The translations under genes were made by a program, and so were the position numbers. From contig CAYQLM010000003.1 in the NCBI GenBank assembly GCA_964418365.1, forward strand, positions 150 through 64,149: a DNA stretch of 64,000 nt. Reading direction: 5' to 3'. Below the pieces are notes generated by a model, which worked only from the letters and a program-made list of their open reading frames with translations, was not told where the DNA came from and searched no databases. Position 1 is the stretch's first letter; each line of letters opens with the position of its first letter. Below, in pieces: positions 45,523-56,118 of this stretch. This DNA comes from an uncultured Dehalococcoidia bacterium (lineage in GTDB: Bacteria; Chloroflexota; Dehalococcoidia; DSTF01; RBG-16-68-14).

Positions 45523-45960
45523 TTGCTCGGCGTGCCGTTGCCGGGTTGGTGTCTCAGTCAGTGGATCGTGCGAAGCACGATCCCGCCTGTTACCCGAAAT
45601 ACGCTGTACTTCGTCTACCTACCGCCCGACATCAGCGCCGTCGCCGCCGATGGGACGCGTTCTTGTAGAAAGTTCTGCGGCTATCACGGCAACGTCAAAG
45701 GGACTCGCGTTCTCCACGCCGTCGAACCCCACGTGAGCTGCCAAGGATGTAGCTTCGGCAACGGTGTCGTGGACTCCCTGACCAAGGTGAGCAGCCACGA
45801 GCCGTGTGCGGCGATCACAGACCCAGAGGGTGACGGCTGGTACGACGATGTCTCCTGGGACAAGATCGGCGATATCTGCAACAACGAGGTTACTCGGTTG
45901 GGACCCTACACGATCCAGGAGGAGTGGTCGGACTCCCGTCAGCGCTGCGTAATCTCATAG
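45523..45960 (+). CDS. Hypothetical protein, probably a 5'-truncated gene fragment adjacent to the tRNA
   Basis: 145 aa. Cys-rich region FCGYHGN...VSCQGC...EPCAAITDPEGDGWYDD. No signal peptide or convincing N-terminus. The family call (possibly PHI-1-like) is weak. Confidence 0.3.
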   Translation: MLGVPLPGWCLSQWIVRSTIPPVTRNTLYFVYLPPDISAVAADGTRSCRKFCGYHGNVKGTRVLHAVEPHVSCQGCSFGNGVVDSLTKVSSHEPCAAITDPEGDGWYDDVSWDKIGDICNNEVTRLGPYTIQEEWSDSRQRCVIS

Positions 45961-46019
45961 ATCACGGCGGGCCTTCTCAGCATACCCTGCGACGTTGCAC
46001 CATGACCCGCTAGTGTGGC

Positions 46020-49000
46020 CTACGCCTTCGGGTTGACAGGCAACTGCGGCGGCCAGGGGTTTTGGCACATGCTGGTCAGCCGTCCGAACACGAACTGCAG
46101 GTCGTTGATGTTGATTTCGCCGTCACCCGCCATCTGCCCGGACGGCATCAGGTCGTAGCGCGTGCCGTAGAACAGGCTCCCTATCGTCGACGCCCAGCGG
46201 AACGCCACCTGCTGCGCGTCCATCACGTCCACGATGCAGTCCCCGGTCACATCGCCCTCCAGGTAGCGGATCGTCACGTCGCCGTCGTCGCAGGAGAAGA
46301 TCGGGATCGGGTGCCCCTGCAGGTCCGATAGCTGGCACCCCTGGTTCAGGATCTGCACGGCGATGCCGTTGTCCTGGTTGGGCAGGATCTGTGAGTACAA
46401 CTCCGGCTGCGGTCGCACGACGATGTCCGCCAGATGGCGCCCCTCAGGTGTGTGCGTATCCGGGAAGACGTTCTTACCCGGCGAGACGCAGCCGATCCGC
46501 GCGATCCCCTTCAGTGTGGAGTTCGTCGCGTCCTGGATCGTGCAGACCATCGAGCTAGCCGCAGGCCCCGGCACCAGCTGCACGCAGACGAGCTTCTCGT
46601 CGTACCGCACCTCGAACTCGAACGCGCCCAGGCGCTCCAGCTGCGCCGGGTCCTTGGGGTCCTGCGATGTGATGGGCGCGCTGAGCTGGTGCGTGAAGAG
46701 CGCCACGTTCGTGCCGTCTTGGCAACGGACCGGCGCCAGCTTCTCGCCTTGTCTCGTGAGGAAGAGGTTCTGCAGCGCCGGCAGCTTGGTAAGCTCGCGC
46801 ACGGGCGTAAACGTCACCGCCCCCAGCGTCCCACGCGCACTCTTAGCCTGATCCACCAGCGCGACGTTGTTCTTGGACAGGTAGTGGTCGCCGGGTTCAG
46901 CCTGGCCCGCACCGCTGGTCGTGAAGATCGTCAGAGCGTTCATGTTCTTTACTATCAGATCGGGAACGCCGTCGGACGGCACGCTGGTATCGACGTACAC
47001 GTACAAGAACACGTCGAAAAAGCTGGTGCATGGTGTTGCCGGGGCGCACTCGAGAATGCCCGGCTGGGCATTCGGCGGTTGCTCCTCGATGTAGCCGATG
47101 GAGCGTTCAAAGAGGCTCTCGGTGACCCACATGGGGAAGCTGTCAGCGCCGAACTGCGCGGTGCCGGAGAGGAACATCTGCACGATCTCCGTTTCCACAT
47201 CGTCCTGGCCCTTGTGGAGCGTCAACGAAGATGGTCCGATGCCGTCGCGGTCGCCGGCGGCGGCGTCGCGCAAGATGCACGTGTGGCCGAACAGCTCGGC
47301 GCTGCCCGCGCCGAGCGCTGGGTCGGTCAAGCTGAGGTCGATGGTCGCGATGGAGCTGCCCAGATCGTCGAGGAGCTTCCCCGCCGCCGGAGCCGGGCAG
47401 GGGGTGCCCGGCGGTGGCAGAGGCGTGTCAGCTGGTTTCGATATGGTGGTCACCCATGCGCTGCGACCATGCGTCGCCGCAACCAGGGTGTTGTCCTGCG
47501 TGTTGAGCAGCAAGTCCTGCACGACCACGTTGGGCAGCGACCCCTTGTTGAAGTTGTCCCACGTTGCGCCGCCGTCGGTCGAACGGAAGACGCCGCCATC
47601 CGTGCCGGCGTAGAGCGTAGGAGGGCTGGTCCTGGGATCGATGGCGAGCGCGTTGACCGGGATGTTCGGCAGATCCCCGCTGATGTCCGCCCAGGCGCCG
47701 CCGGCGTTGGCGGTGTGAAAGACGTGCCCGCTGCCGCCGTATGGGTCGAACCCGCTCAGCGTCACGTAGGCGCTGGTAGCATCGTTGGGGTCGACGGCGA
47801 TGTCGCTAACGTATCGATAGGGCAGCCCGTTGGGCTGCGTCTCGGTCCAGGTGTTGCCGCCGTCAGTCGTGACGTCGAGGCCGCCGTAGGAACCCACGTA
47901 AATCACGTTGCTGCTGCTCGGCGCCGGGCCAATGGCGGAGATCGCGTCGTAGCCGAGGGGCGGGCTGATCGGCTCCCAAGATAGCGCTCCGTCCGTTGTC
48001 CGGTAGAGGCGGCTCGCGCCCGCATAGAGCGTGTCCGGGTTCGAAGGGCTCATCACCAGGGGCGCGATGAAGAGACGCAGCTCGTTGAAGGGGATGCCGT
48101 TCATGGCCGGGTACCAGTTGGCGCCGCCGTCGTAGGACTTCTCGATTTGGAGGTATTGGAATGTGTGATAGATAAGCTGTGGGTTGTCCGGGTTCACGGC
48201 CGCGTAGCCGCCATCGCCACCGGCCACCTGCTTCCACACGGGAGAGCCGGTGTAGCGCAGGGTGCCGTTGTCTTGCGTGCCGCCAAGGAACATGGCGGGA
48301 GATGTTACGCTGCCCGCCGTGCCCGGATAGAACTGCGTGATGGCCAGGTTTCCGTTCAGGTTTGCGAACGTGGTTCCGCTCCTGCGCCAGATGCCGCCGT
48401 CGTTGCCTATGTACAGGCGCCCCTGGCTGTCGAACGCCAGGGCGTGCTGGTCCACATGGATCGCGCCGGGGAAAAAGCCGATGAGGTCCGCGAAGTGCGC
48501 GCCGCCGTCGGTGGACTTGAACAGGTCGATCCCCCCTGCGTACACCGTGTTGGCGTCGGCCGGGTCTACGATCAGGGCGTTGTTGTACCAACACTGGCTG
48601 ACAGTGATGAATAACGGAAAGGGATAGCGGTCGCAGTAGTGCGAGTCGTTTCCCAGGTTCGTCCAGTTCGCGCCGCCGTCCGTGGTCCGGTAGACGCCGT
48701 TCAGTCCACCGCCCTCCGCCAGCGCGGCATACACGGTTTGCGGCTGGCTGGGCGCGATGGCCAAGATGACCACGTCTGAATACCCTGGCGGTTGGAGCAC
48801 CAGGTTCCAGGTATCGCCGCCGTCGATGCTCTTGTATACGCCGCCTGAAGAGTAGCCCGCGTCGACGCCGGCGTACAACGTCGCCGGTGCGGAGGGGTCG
48901 AGCTCGATGTCCCAGGCAGGCCCAGCGAGCTTGTTCGTCCAGGTGACGCCGCCATCGATGGACTTGTAGATTCCAGCTCCGCATGATCCAGGGCCACCGA

Positions 49001-49712
49001 AGGCGCCGCCGCTGGCCAGATAGAGGGTTGAGGGCGCGGTCGGATCGATAGCGATCCTGCCCACGCGGCACCCCGCGAAGGTATTCGAGGCCAGGAGCGT
49101 CCAGTTGTCGCCGCCGTCGGTGCTCTTGAGGATGCCTGCCCCGCCGTAGGAGGTAAGGCTGGCGTAGTCATTTTCGCCGGTGCCGGCGTAGACGATATCG
49201 GCGTTGGTCGGGTCGATGGCGAGCGCGCCCATCGAGAGTGACGGCTGCCGGTCGGTGAGGGGTGTCCAGCTCCCACCGCCATCCGTGGTCTTCCAGACCC
49301 CGCCTCCGGCCGCACCGATGTAGATGACGTTATCGTCGACCGGCGATACCGCGATGTCTTGGATGCGACCGGAGGCGGCACCCGTTGGGGTGAGGAGCCG
49401 GACGGCATCGATGGGGGCGGGCCCCAGCGGCGTCCAGGGCGGGCCGTCGACCGGCGAACCTGCCAGCGCGCCCTGCTGCTGGGCTTGGAGCAGGCCCTGC
49501 GCCTGGATGCCGGCGGGGATCTGCGTGCCAGGAAAGGCGCGCTGACGGTAAAACCAGTCGTCCTGGGCCCGGTGGTCGTGAATGAACGCGTCCGGCGGAG
49601 GCGATCCGGCGGACTGAGCCGTGCCCGGCTCCTGCGCCTGCCCTGTATCGTTCGATAGTGGAGCGCCCAAAAGTAGCGCTGCGCCGATCGCCGCAGCGAA
49701 GACAAGGAGCAC
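46020..49712 (-). CDS. Very large secreted BNR/Asp-box repeat protein (sortilin/GH74-like beta-propellers) with C-terminal dockerin-like module
   Basis: 1230 aa. N-terminal signal peptide MLLVFAAAIGAALLLGAPLS. At least 10 S-x-D-G-G-x-(T/N)-W Asp-box motifs (TDGGGSWTPL, STDGGDNWTL, SIDGGVTWTN, TTDGGANWTN, STDGGATWDN...). C-terminal paired Ca-binding-loop-like segments GDVTGDCIVDVMDAQQV and AGDGEININDLQFVFGRL. Confidence 0.7.
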   Translation of the reverse strand: MLLVFAAAIGAALLLGAPLSNDTGQAQEPGTAQSAGSPPPDAFIHDHRAQDDWFYRQRAFPGTQIPAGIQAQGLLQAQQQGALAGSPVDGPPWTPLGPAPIDAVRLLTPTGAASGRIQDIAVSPVDDNVIYIGAAGGGVWKTTDGGGSWTPLTDRQPSLSMGALAIDPTNADIVYAGTGENDYASLTSYGGAGILKSTDGGDNWTLLASNTFAGCRVGRIAIDPTAPSTLYLASGGAFGGPGSCGAGIYKSIDGGVTWTNKLAGPAWDIELDPSAPATLYAGVDAGYSSGGVYKSIDGGDTWNLVLQPPGYSDVVILAIAPSQPQTVYAALAEGGGLNGVYRTTDGGANWTNLGNDSHYCDRYPFPLFITVSQCWYNNALIVDPADANTVYAGGIDLFKSTDGGAHFADLIGFFPGAIHVDQHALAFDSQGRLYIGNDGGIWRRSGTTFANLNGNLAITQFYPGTAGSVTSPAMFLGGTQDNGTLRYTGSPVWKQVAGGDGGYAAVNPDNPQLIYHTFQYLQIEKSYDGGANWYPAMNGIPFNELRLFIAPLVMSPSNPDTLYAGASRLYRTTDGALSWEPISPPLGYDAISAIGPAPSSSNVIYVGSYGGLDVTTDGGNTWTETQPNGLPYRYVSDIAVDPNDATSAYVTLSGFDPYGGSGHVFHTANAGGAWADISGDLPNIPVNALAIDPRTSPPTLYAGTDGGVFRSTDGGATWDNFNKGSLPNVVVQDLLLNTQDNTLVAATHGRSAWVTTISKPADTPLPPPGTPCPAPAAGKLLDDLGSSIATIDLSLTDPALGAGSAELFGHTCILRDAAAGDRDGIGPSSLTLHKGQDDVETEIVQMFLSGTAQFGADSFPMWVTESLFERSIGYIEEQPPNAQPGILECAPATPCTSFFDVFLYVYVDTSVPSDGVPDLIVKNMNALTIFTTSGAGQAEPGDHYLSKNNVALVDQAKSARGTLGAVTFTPVRELTKLPALQNLFLTRQGEKLAPVRCQDGTNVALFTHQLSAPITSQDPKDPAQLERLGAFEFEVRYDEKLVCVQLVPGPAASSMVCTIQDATNSTLKGIARIGCVSPGKNVFPDTHTPEGRHLADIVVRPQPELYSQILPNQDNGIAVQILNQGCQLSDLQGHPIPIFSCDDGDVTIRYLEGDVTGDCIVDVMDAQQVAFRWASTIGSLFYGTRYDLMPSGQMAGDGEININDLQFVFGRLTSMCQNPWPPQLPVNPKA

Positions 49713-50001
49713 CCGCCAGGATAAGGCTGAGAACGTAGCTTCCTCTGGGTGTCAGCGCGCGGACGGGGTCGCCGCTTGAGGCACCACCAGTCGGGGGCAA
49801 GTATACAGCGTTGGCGAACGTTGTCAACGTGGCCGGCAGGGCACCAACCGCGCAAAAGAGCTTCGACACAAACGGCGCCGTGTTCTCGTAGTGCGCCCCC
49901 GCCGCACGCGCTCTGACCCTCGGGGGAGCCATGCCCTCAGCACCGGCCCCGGCTGCGCTTGACGCGGGCGCTCGAACGTGTCCGGCTCTGGAACGAAACG
50001 G

Positions 50002-50029
50002 TTGACGGACCCGGGCGCGGTGCTATACT
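50002..50029 (+). promoter_or_regulatory. Sigma70-like promoter TTGACG-N16-TATACT upstream of the lipoprotein hydrolase gene
   Basis: Hexamers and 16-bp spacing read directly. It lies ~135 nt upstream of the ATG at 50165. Confidence 0.4.
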
Positions 50030-50164
50030 GGCCAGCACCCAGCAGTAGGCGAGCCCGCCAAGCCATGTCCTGTAACGTTGGCGCCCCTGCGGGAGGGGAA
50101 CAGAGGTGGCATGGCCTCGAGAAGCGCTCGGCAAGACCTCCCTTCAAACGGCAATCGACAGCGC

Positions 50165-52099
50165 ATGAAGACCGGACTGTGCACAGTGCTCTTTGGAGTC
50201 ACGATGCTGGCTACCGCGTGCGGCGGTGGCTCCACGGGTCCGAAGGCCACATCGACGCCGGTGGCCACGCCCACGCCACGCCCGATACCGACGCCCGTGG
50301 CGTACGCGCCGGAGCCCGCGGGCAACGTCACGCGCGGCGACCCAGCGTTCGAGGCGCTATCCGGCGCCAAGGCGTACTACGGTCAACTCGGCGGGAGCAT
50401 CTATCAGATCGAAATGCCCGACCACTGGAACGGCCGCCTGGTGCTCTACGTGCATGGTTCTCGCTTGTTGGAGCCGACTCTCTGGGTGGACACGCCCGGC
50501 ATCCGTAACTATCTCATCCGCAACGGCTTCGCCTGGGGCGCGTCCAGCTTCAGCAACAACATACCGAACCTATCGGGTCTGACCGCGGACGAGACGGCGG
50601 CGCTTTGGGACCGCTTCGTGCAGCAATTCGGGCGGCCGCAGCGCACCTATGTTACCGGCCAGTCGATGGGCGGAGGCGGCGCCGCCATCTCCGCCGAACG
50701 CTATCCCGACCGCTACGACGGCGCCCTGGGACTCTGCGGCATCGCGGGCTTCAGCTCTCACGCCGGCAGGTGGGGCGACTTCTTCGTCGCCGGAGCGTTC
50801 GCGGCGGGTGTCACGCAAGCCGACTTCGATTCACCCGAATCCGGCCAGCTCATCGATACTCGCATCCTCCCGGCACTGCGGGATGCAACGGTGCGCGAAC
50901 GGTTCGAGGACATCGTGATCGACCTGACGGGTGGCCCGCGCCCGTTCGATCGCGAGGGATTTCTCGCGGACAACAACCTGTGGAGCAGCACTCAGGGGAT
51001 CATGGGAGCCGGTCTGTTCGACAACGGGGAAGCCGTCTACCGTCTAGGTCCACTCAGTAGCATATCCAGCCAAGAATTCAATGCCGCCGCCGTCCGAGTG
51101 AGCCCTGGGCCGTTGCTCGCCGTCCTCGGCCAGGGTAACGACACCACCGGCGACATCCAGATACCCTTGCTCACGCTGCATACTACAGGCGACATGCGGG
51201 TTCCGATGACTGAGCCACAGCTCCTGCAACGCAGAGTGGTAGCGGCGGGCAAGGGCGATCGTCTGGTGCAGCGCGCCGTGCAGGACGCACGACATTGTGG
51301 CGTCACCAACGCCGAGTGGGAGCGCGGCCTGGAGGACCTCATCTCTTGGGTGGAGGAAGGAAGGAAGCCTGACGGCGAAGATCTCTTGGGCGACCTGAGC
51401 GACGCCGGCCGCGAGTTCACGCTCGCGGCGCGGTTCGGCTCGCCCGAGGCCGATGAAGCGCCCGGAGCGGACGAGCGCGTCACCGTGCGCGGCACGATCA
51501 CACTCGACGGCGACCCGATGGCCGGCGAGGTCTACATCGTCGCGGTCAAGGACGGGCTGCGACGCTACTGCAGCATGAGCCGCGTGGGCGCGCGTGCTGA
51601 CGGTCGCTATGAAGTGACCGCCGCGAGCGACGGCGAAGCGCGCGGTTGCGGGCAGCCGGGAGCGCAGCTCTACGTCGACGCGTACGTGCCCAGTCGCGGC
51701 AGATCGTACTGGTCGCGGGAGCTACTCGACTGGCCGGAAAACGGGGAGGAGTTGACGTTCGACGCAACGCTCACCGAACCTGGCGCGTATCGTCCGAACA
51801 CGCTGTTCCGAGGCGAGGTCATCGATGCCTCCGGCGAATCGTTCCCCGTTGGCACAGTGATCGAGGCGTACATCGGCGACACGCTCTGCGGCGTCACCTC
51901 GCTATCGCCGACGGTGATGGCACTAGGCGACCCGCAGACCTACTACCTGGCGGTCGTCGGGCCGGAGTCGAAGTCCGGCTGCGCGGGAGGTCAGCCCGTG
52001 ACGTTCCGCGTGAACGGACAGCGCGTCGCGCAGACGGGCGTCAACGACTTCGACGGGCGCTTCCAAGGCAGGCACCTCCTGGACCTCGTAGCACAATAA
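50165..52099 (+). CDS. Secreted lipoprotein alpha/beta-hydrolase (serine hydrolase, GxSxG) with C-terminal beta-rich domain
   Basis: Start at MKTGLCTVLFGVTMLATACGG (lipobox LATAC). Pro/Thr-rich linker, nucleophile elbow YVTGQSMGGGGAA, Asp/His candidates downstream. Confidence 0.65.
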   Translation: MKTGLCTVLFGVTMLATACGGGSTGPKATSTPVATPTPRPIPTPVAYAPEPAGNVTRGDPAFEALSGAKAYYGQLGGSIYQIEMPDHWNGRLVLYVHGSRLLEPTLWVDTPGIRNYLIRNGFAWGASSFSNNIPNLSGLTADETAALWDRFVQQFGRPQRTYVTGQSMGGGGAAISAERYPDRYDGALGLCGIAGFSSHAGRWGDFFVAGAFAAGVTQADFDSPESGQLIDTRILPALRDATVRERFEDIVIDLTGGPRPFDREGFLADNNLWSSTQGIMGAGLFDNGEAVYRLGPLSSISSQEFNAAAVRVSPGPLLAVLGQGNDTTGDIQIPLLTLHTTGDMRVPMTEPQLLQRRVVAAGKGDRLVQRAVQDARHCGVTNAEWERGLEDLISWVEEGRKPDGEDLLGDLSDAGREFTLAARFGSPEADEAPGADERVTVRGTITLDGDPMAGEVYIVAVKDGLRRYCSMSRVGARADGRYEVTAASDGEARGCGQPGAQLYVDAYVPSRGRSYWSRELLDWPENGEELTFDATLTEPGAYRPNTLFRGEVIDASGESFPVGTVIEAYIGDTLCGVTSLSPTVMALGDPQTYYLAVVGPESKSGCAGGQPVTFRVNGQRVAQTGVNDFDGRFQGRHLLDLVAQ

Positions 52100-52501
52100 G
52101 CACCGCGAGAACACCATACGTTGCCACGTCACACCGCTAATGTGACACGGTCGATAGAACCTCCTCCGGGATCGCGTGATGAACCCGTCGGAACCAAGCA
52201 GCAGCGCGCGCGCCGACGAAGCGTATGACCGGAGACCCCTTCAGCGTGTTGGCTGGAGGGCGTTCTCCTGCCGCGATCATCGAGCTGGTGTTCGGCCTCT
52301 TCCTCATCTCCGGTATGGGGTTCCTCTACCTGCGCCGGCGAGTCCTCGGTTGGGCCATCCTCCCGCTTCGACTCGAACGCAGGTGGGTTCAGCATCTGTT
52401 TCAGCATGGGGCTGGCCGTGGCAGACGCCGATGGTGGCAACTCGAAAGCGCTCGACCTTGCCACCCTGGACGACCTCTGCCAGCAGGAGCCCCTTCCCGA
52501 G

Positions 52502-52544
52502 ACTTTCGGTGGCGTCGCACGTTCGAATCCTGACGGGGGTACCA
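52502..52544 (+). repeat. Degenerate direct repeat of the 3' end of tRNA-Arg (T-arm, acceptor and CCA)
   Basis: ggcgtcgcacgttcgaatcctgacgggggtacca versus the tRNA's gggtcgcaggttcgaatcctgcccggggtacca, 29/33 identical. It cannot fold into a full tRNA (T-stem mispaired, no anticodon arm). Confidence 0.45.
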
Positions 52545-52579
52545 TCTCCCTTCCCGCTCTCCTGCTACAATCGCCTGCG

Positions 52580-53755
<1,176 letters not shown>

Positions 53756-53809
53756 GGCCGGCGGTCTGCCGGCCCTATGCAGCGGAATCGCGATCTGCTG
53801 AATGCGCCG

Positions 53810-54448
53810 CTAGGCGCTCGATGGTCTGCGCGGCCGCCCCTCCGCCTCCGCACGGATCCGCTGTGTGACGGGCTGCACGACAGGGCCCGGTTCCCACGGC
53901 GTACCGAGCGCGGGCAACAGCCAGCGATCGATACCGATCCAGCCGGCCACTTTCCAGCCGAACACGATCAGGATGGCTAGGATGAAGAGCACCGGGTTTG
54001 TGGACGCGCTGCCCGCGAGCATGAAGTTGAAGTTCATTGTGGCGCCGACGAGCGCGGCGAGGCCCGTAAACGCCCCGACGATGAGCGCAACGCCTGCCAG
54101 CACCTCGCCAAACGCGATCACCCACGAGAACCAGTGGTACCACTCATGGACGAGCATGTAGTGCAAGAAATGGCGGTACCAGTCGTACTTGATCGGAGGG
54201 CTGCCCTGCTCCGGGATGGCGGTCGCGCGCTCCCAGAAGCTCTTGAGCCCCAGGCCGTCCTCGCCGGGAAGGTTGATCCAGCGAGCGTCTCCCCACATCT
54301 TGTGCCACCCGGCAAGCAGCCACTGATAGCCGAGATACATTCGCGCGACAGCCCACAGCGGCGCCATGCGCGTATCGGCAAAGGTCCGCCGCACCCAGCT
54401 CGGGTCGTGCAGTTCTCGTTTCGCAAACGTCCGTTCAAAGAGCGCCAT
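53810..54448 (-). CDS. DoxX-family membrane protein
   Basis: 212 aa, 4 TM helices. RMYLGYQWLLAGWHKM and a C-terminal helical membrane core. Confidence 0.55.
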   Translation of the reverse strand: MALFERTFAKRELHDPSWVRRTFADTRMAPLWAVARMYLGYQWLLAGWHKMWGDARWINLPGEDGLGLKSFWERATAIPEQGSPPIKYDWYRHFLHYMLVHEWYHWFSWVIAFGEVLAGVALIVGAFTGLAALVGATMNFNFMLAGSASTNPVLFILAILIVFGWKVAGWIGIDRWLLPALGTPWEPGPVVQPVTQRIRAEAEGRPRRPSSA

Positions 54449-54648
54449 TACTTCGCCTCCTTCTGCCTAACAAAGACGCGGGCCGTGACCCACTCGCCCA
54501 CGAGCCAGGCCACAACTACCGCCGCGGTGATGGGCAGAAATGCCAGCACCTGGTTGTCATCCTGCCAGGCATTCACCACCAGCACGGCGACGATAGCTAC
54601 CCCGAGCCAGGCTGCCACTCCTAATGCCATTGCACCGATTCGTTGCAT
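54448..54648 (-). CDS. Small membrane protein (2 TM), translationally coupled to the DoxX gene
   Basis: ~66 aa from MQRIGAMALGVAAWLGVAIVAVLV. Its stop overlaps the DoxX start (ATGA). Confidence 0.35.
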   Translation of the reverse strand: MQRIGAMALGVAAWLGVAIVAVLVVNAWQDDNQVLAFLPITAAVVVAWLVGEWVTARVFVRQKEAK

Positions 54649-54733
54649 TTCGACTCTCCCTTCTTTGTATTTCACCGGTAGCATCGCACGGCGCATACGA
54701 GGCAGGCAAGGCCATGCGGCCCCCATTCGCGGG

Positions 54734-56098
54734 CTAGGTGGCCGTCGCCACTGCGCCATTTGTCTCGAGTGGCTTCCAGAACGAGAGCAGCTCCATCGCC
54801 AGGAGGCCAGAGACGAAGAGTCCGGCCCCGATCAGCAGCGCCCCGTGGTCGAGATTCGCCATCAGGAACGCCGTTCCGGCGAGCCCGGCGACGGGCAACA
54901 GCGGCAACCGCCCGATGCTCAACGGCACTCGAAACGGCCTCGGCATCGCCGGCCGCGTGAAACGTAGCACGATGAGCGAGAGGTTTACGGCACCGAAGCC
55001 GATGAAGACCGCGAAGTTGGTCGCGCTGGCGACGAGGTCCAGGTCGCCCGAAAGCGTAAACCCCAACGAGACGATCAGGGCCAGCACGATCGCGCGCGCA
55101 GGCGTATGCACGCCGGGGTGCACCCACGCCAGAAAGCGGGGCAGGCTGCCAGCCCGCGCCATACCGTAGATCAACCGCGATGCTGCCACCAGCAGCAGCA
55201 GGACCGTGTTCCCCGTCGAGAACAGCGCCACCAGGGCGAGGATGTCTCCGGCCCGGCTACCGAGAACCACGTGCGCCACATCGGCCAGGGGCGCGTTGGA
55301 AGCCGCCAGCGCCTGCCAGCCGAGCACGCTGATCGCCGCGATGGCGACCGCGACGTAGAGCGCCGTCGTCGCGGCGATCGAGGCCATGATGGCTTTCGGG
55401 ATGACGCTCTGCGCATCGATCGTTTCCTCCGCCAGCGTCGCGATCTGCTCGAAGCCGATGTAGGCGAACATGATCAACGCCGCAGCCGAGAACAGCCCGC
55501 CGGCGCCGGCCTTCGTCTCGATCAAGTTGGCATCGCCCACGTGCGGCACGCCAATGACGATGATGAACACGAGCCCGCCAGCTTCCACGGCCGTCATCAA
55601 GATCGCGAGCCAGGCCGTCTCGCGTATGCCGTAGAAGGCGATCAGCGTCGCCACGATGATCAGCGCGATTGCCGGCCGTGTCTCGCCGATGCCCCAGAAC
55701 TGATCGAGATAGCTGCCGAAACCGAGCGCGACGGCGCCCGCCGCCAGCAGGTTGCCGATGACGATCAGCCAGCCGACGACAAAGGCCGGCCTCAGCCCGA
55801 GCGCTTGGCGTGCGTACTCGTAATCAGCACCGGCGCGAGGGAAGATCGACGCGAGCTCTGCATAGCTGAGGCCGATGATCGCCGCCATCGCGGCTGCCAT
55901 GAGGAACGAGGCCCAGACGCCGTTCCCCGCTCGTCCCGCCGCTTCGCCGACGAGGACGTATATGCCCGCGCCGAGAATGATGCCGATGCCGCTGACGGTC
56001 GTCTCGAAGATGCCGAGCCGCTTTCGGAGAGCGACAGGCTCAGCGGATTGCGAGCCGGCTCCAGGCGCGGCGTCAGGGTTTGCCACAGGACGGAGCAT
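54734..56098 (-). CDS. Amino acid permease (APC superfamily)
   Basis: Start at MLRPV (ATG complement 56096-56098). 12 TM helices. FETTVSGIGIILGAGIYVLVGEAAG is the APC signature region. Confidence 0.8.
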   Translation of the reverse strand: MLRPVANPDAAPGAGSQSAEPVALRKRLGIFETTVSGIGIILGAGIYVLVGEAAGRAGNGVWASFLMAAAMAAIIGLSYAELASIFPRAGADYEYARQALGLRPAFVVGWLIVIGNLLAAGAVALGFGSYLDQFWGIGETRPAIALIIVATLIAFYGIRETAWLAILMTAVEAGGLVFIIVIGVPHVGDANLIETKAGAGGLFSAAALIMFAYIGFEQIATLAEETIDAQSVIPKAIMASIAATTALYVAVAIAAISVLGWQALAASNAPLADVAHVVLGSRAGDILALVALFSTGNTVLLLLVAASRLIYGMARAGSLPRFLAWVHPGVHTPARAIVLALIVSLGFTLSGDLDLVASATNFAVFIGFGAVNLSLIVLRFTRPAMPRPFRVPLSIGRLPLLPVAGLAGTAFLMANLDHGALLIGAGLFVSGLLAMELLSFWKPLETNGAVATAT

Positions 56099-56118
56099 AT
56101 GATCCGAAACACGGCCCG

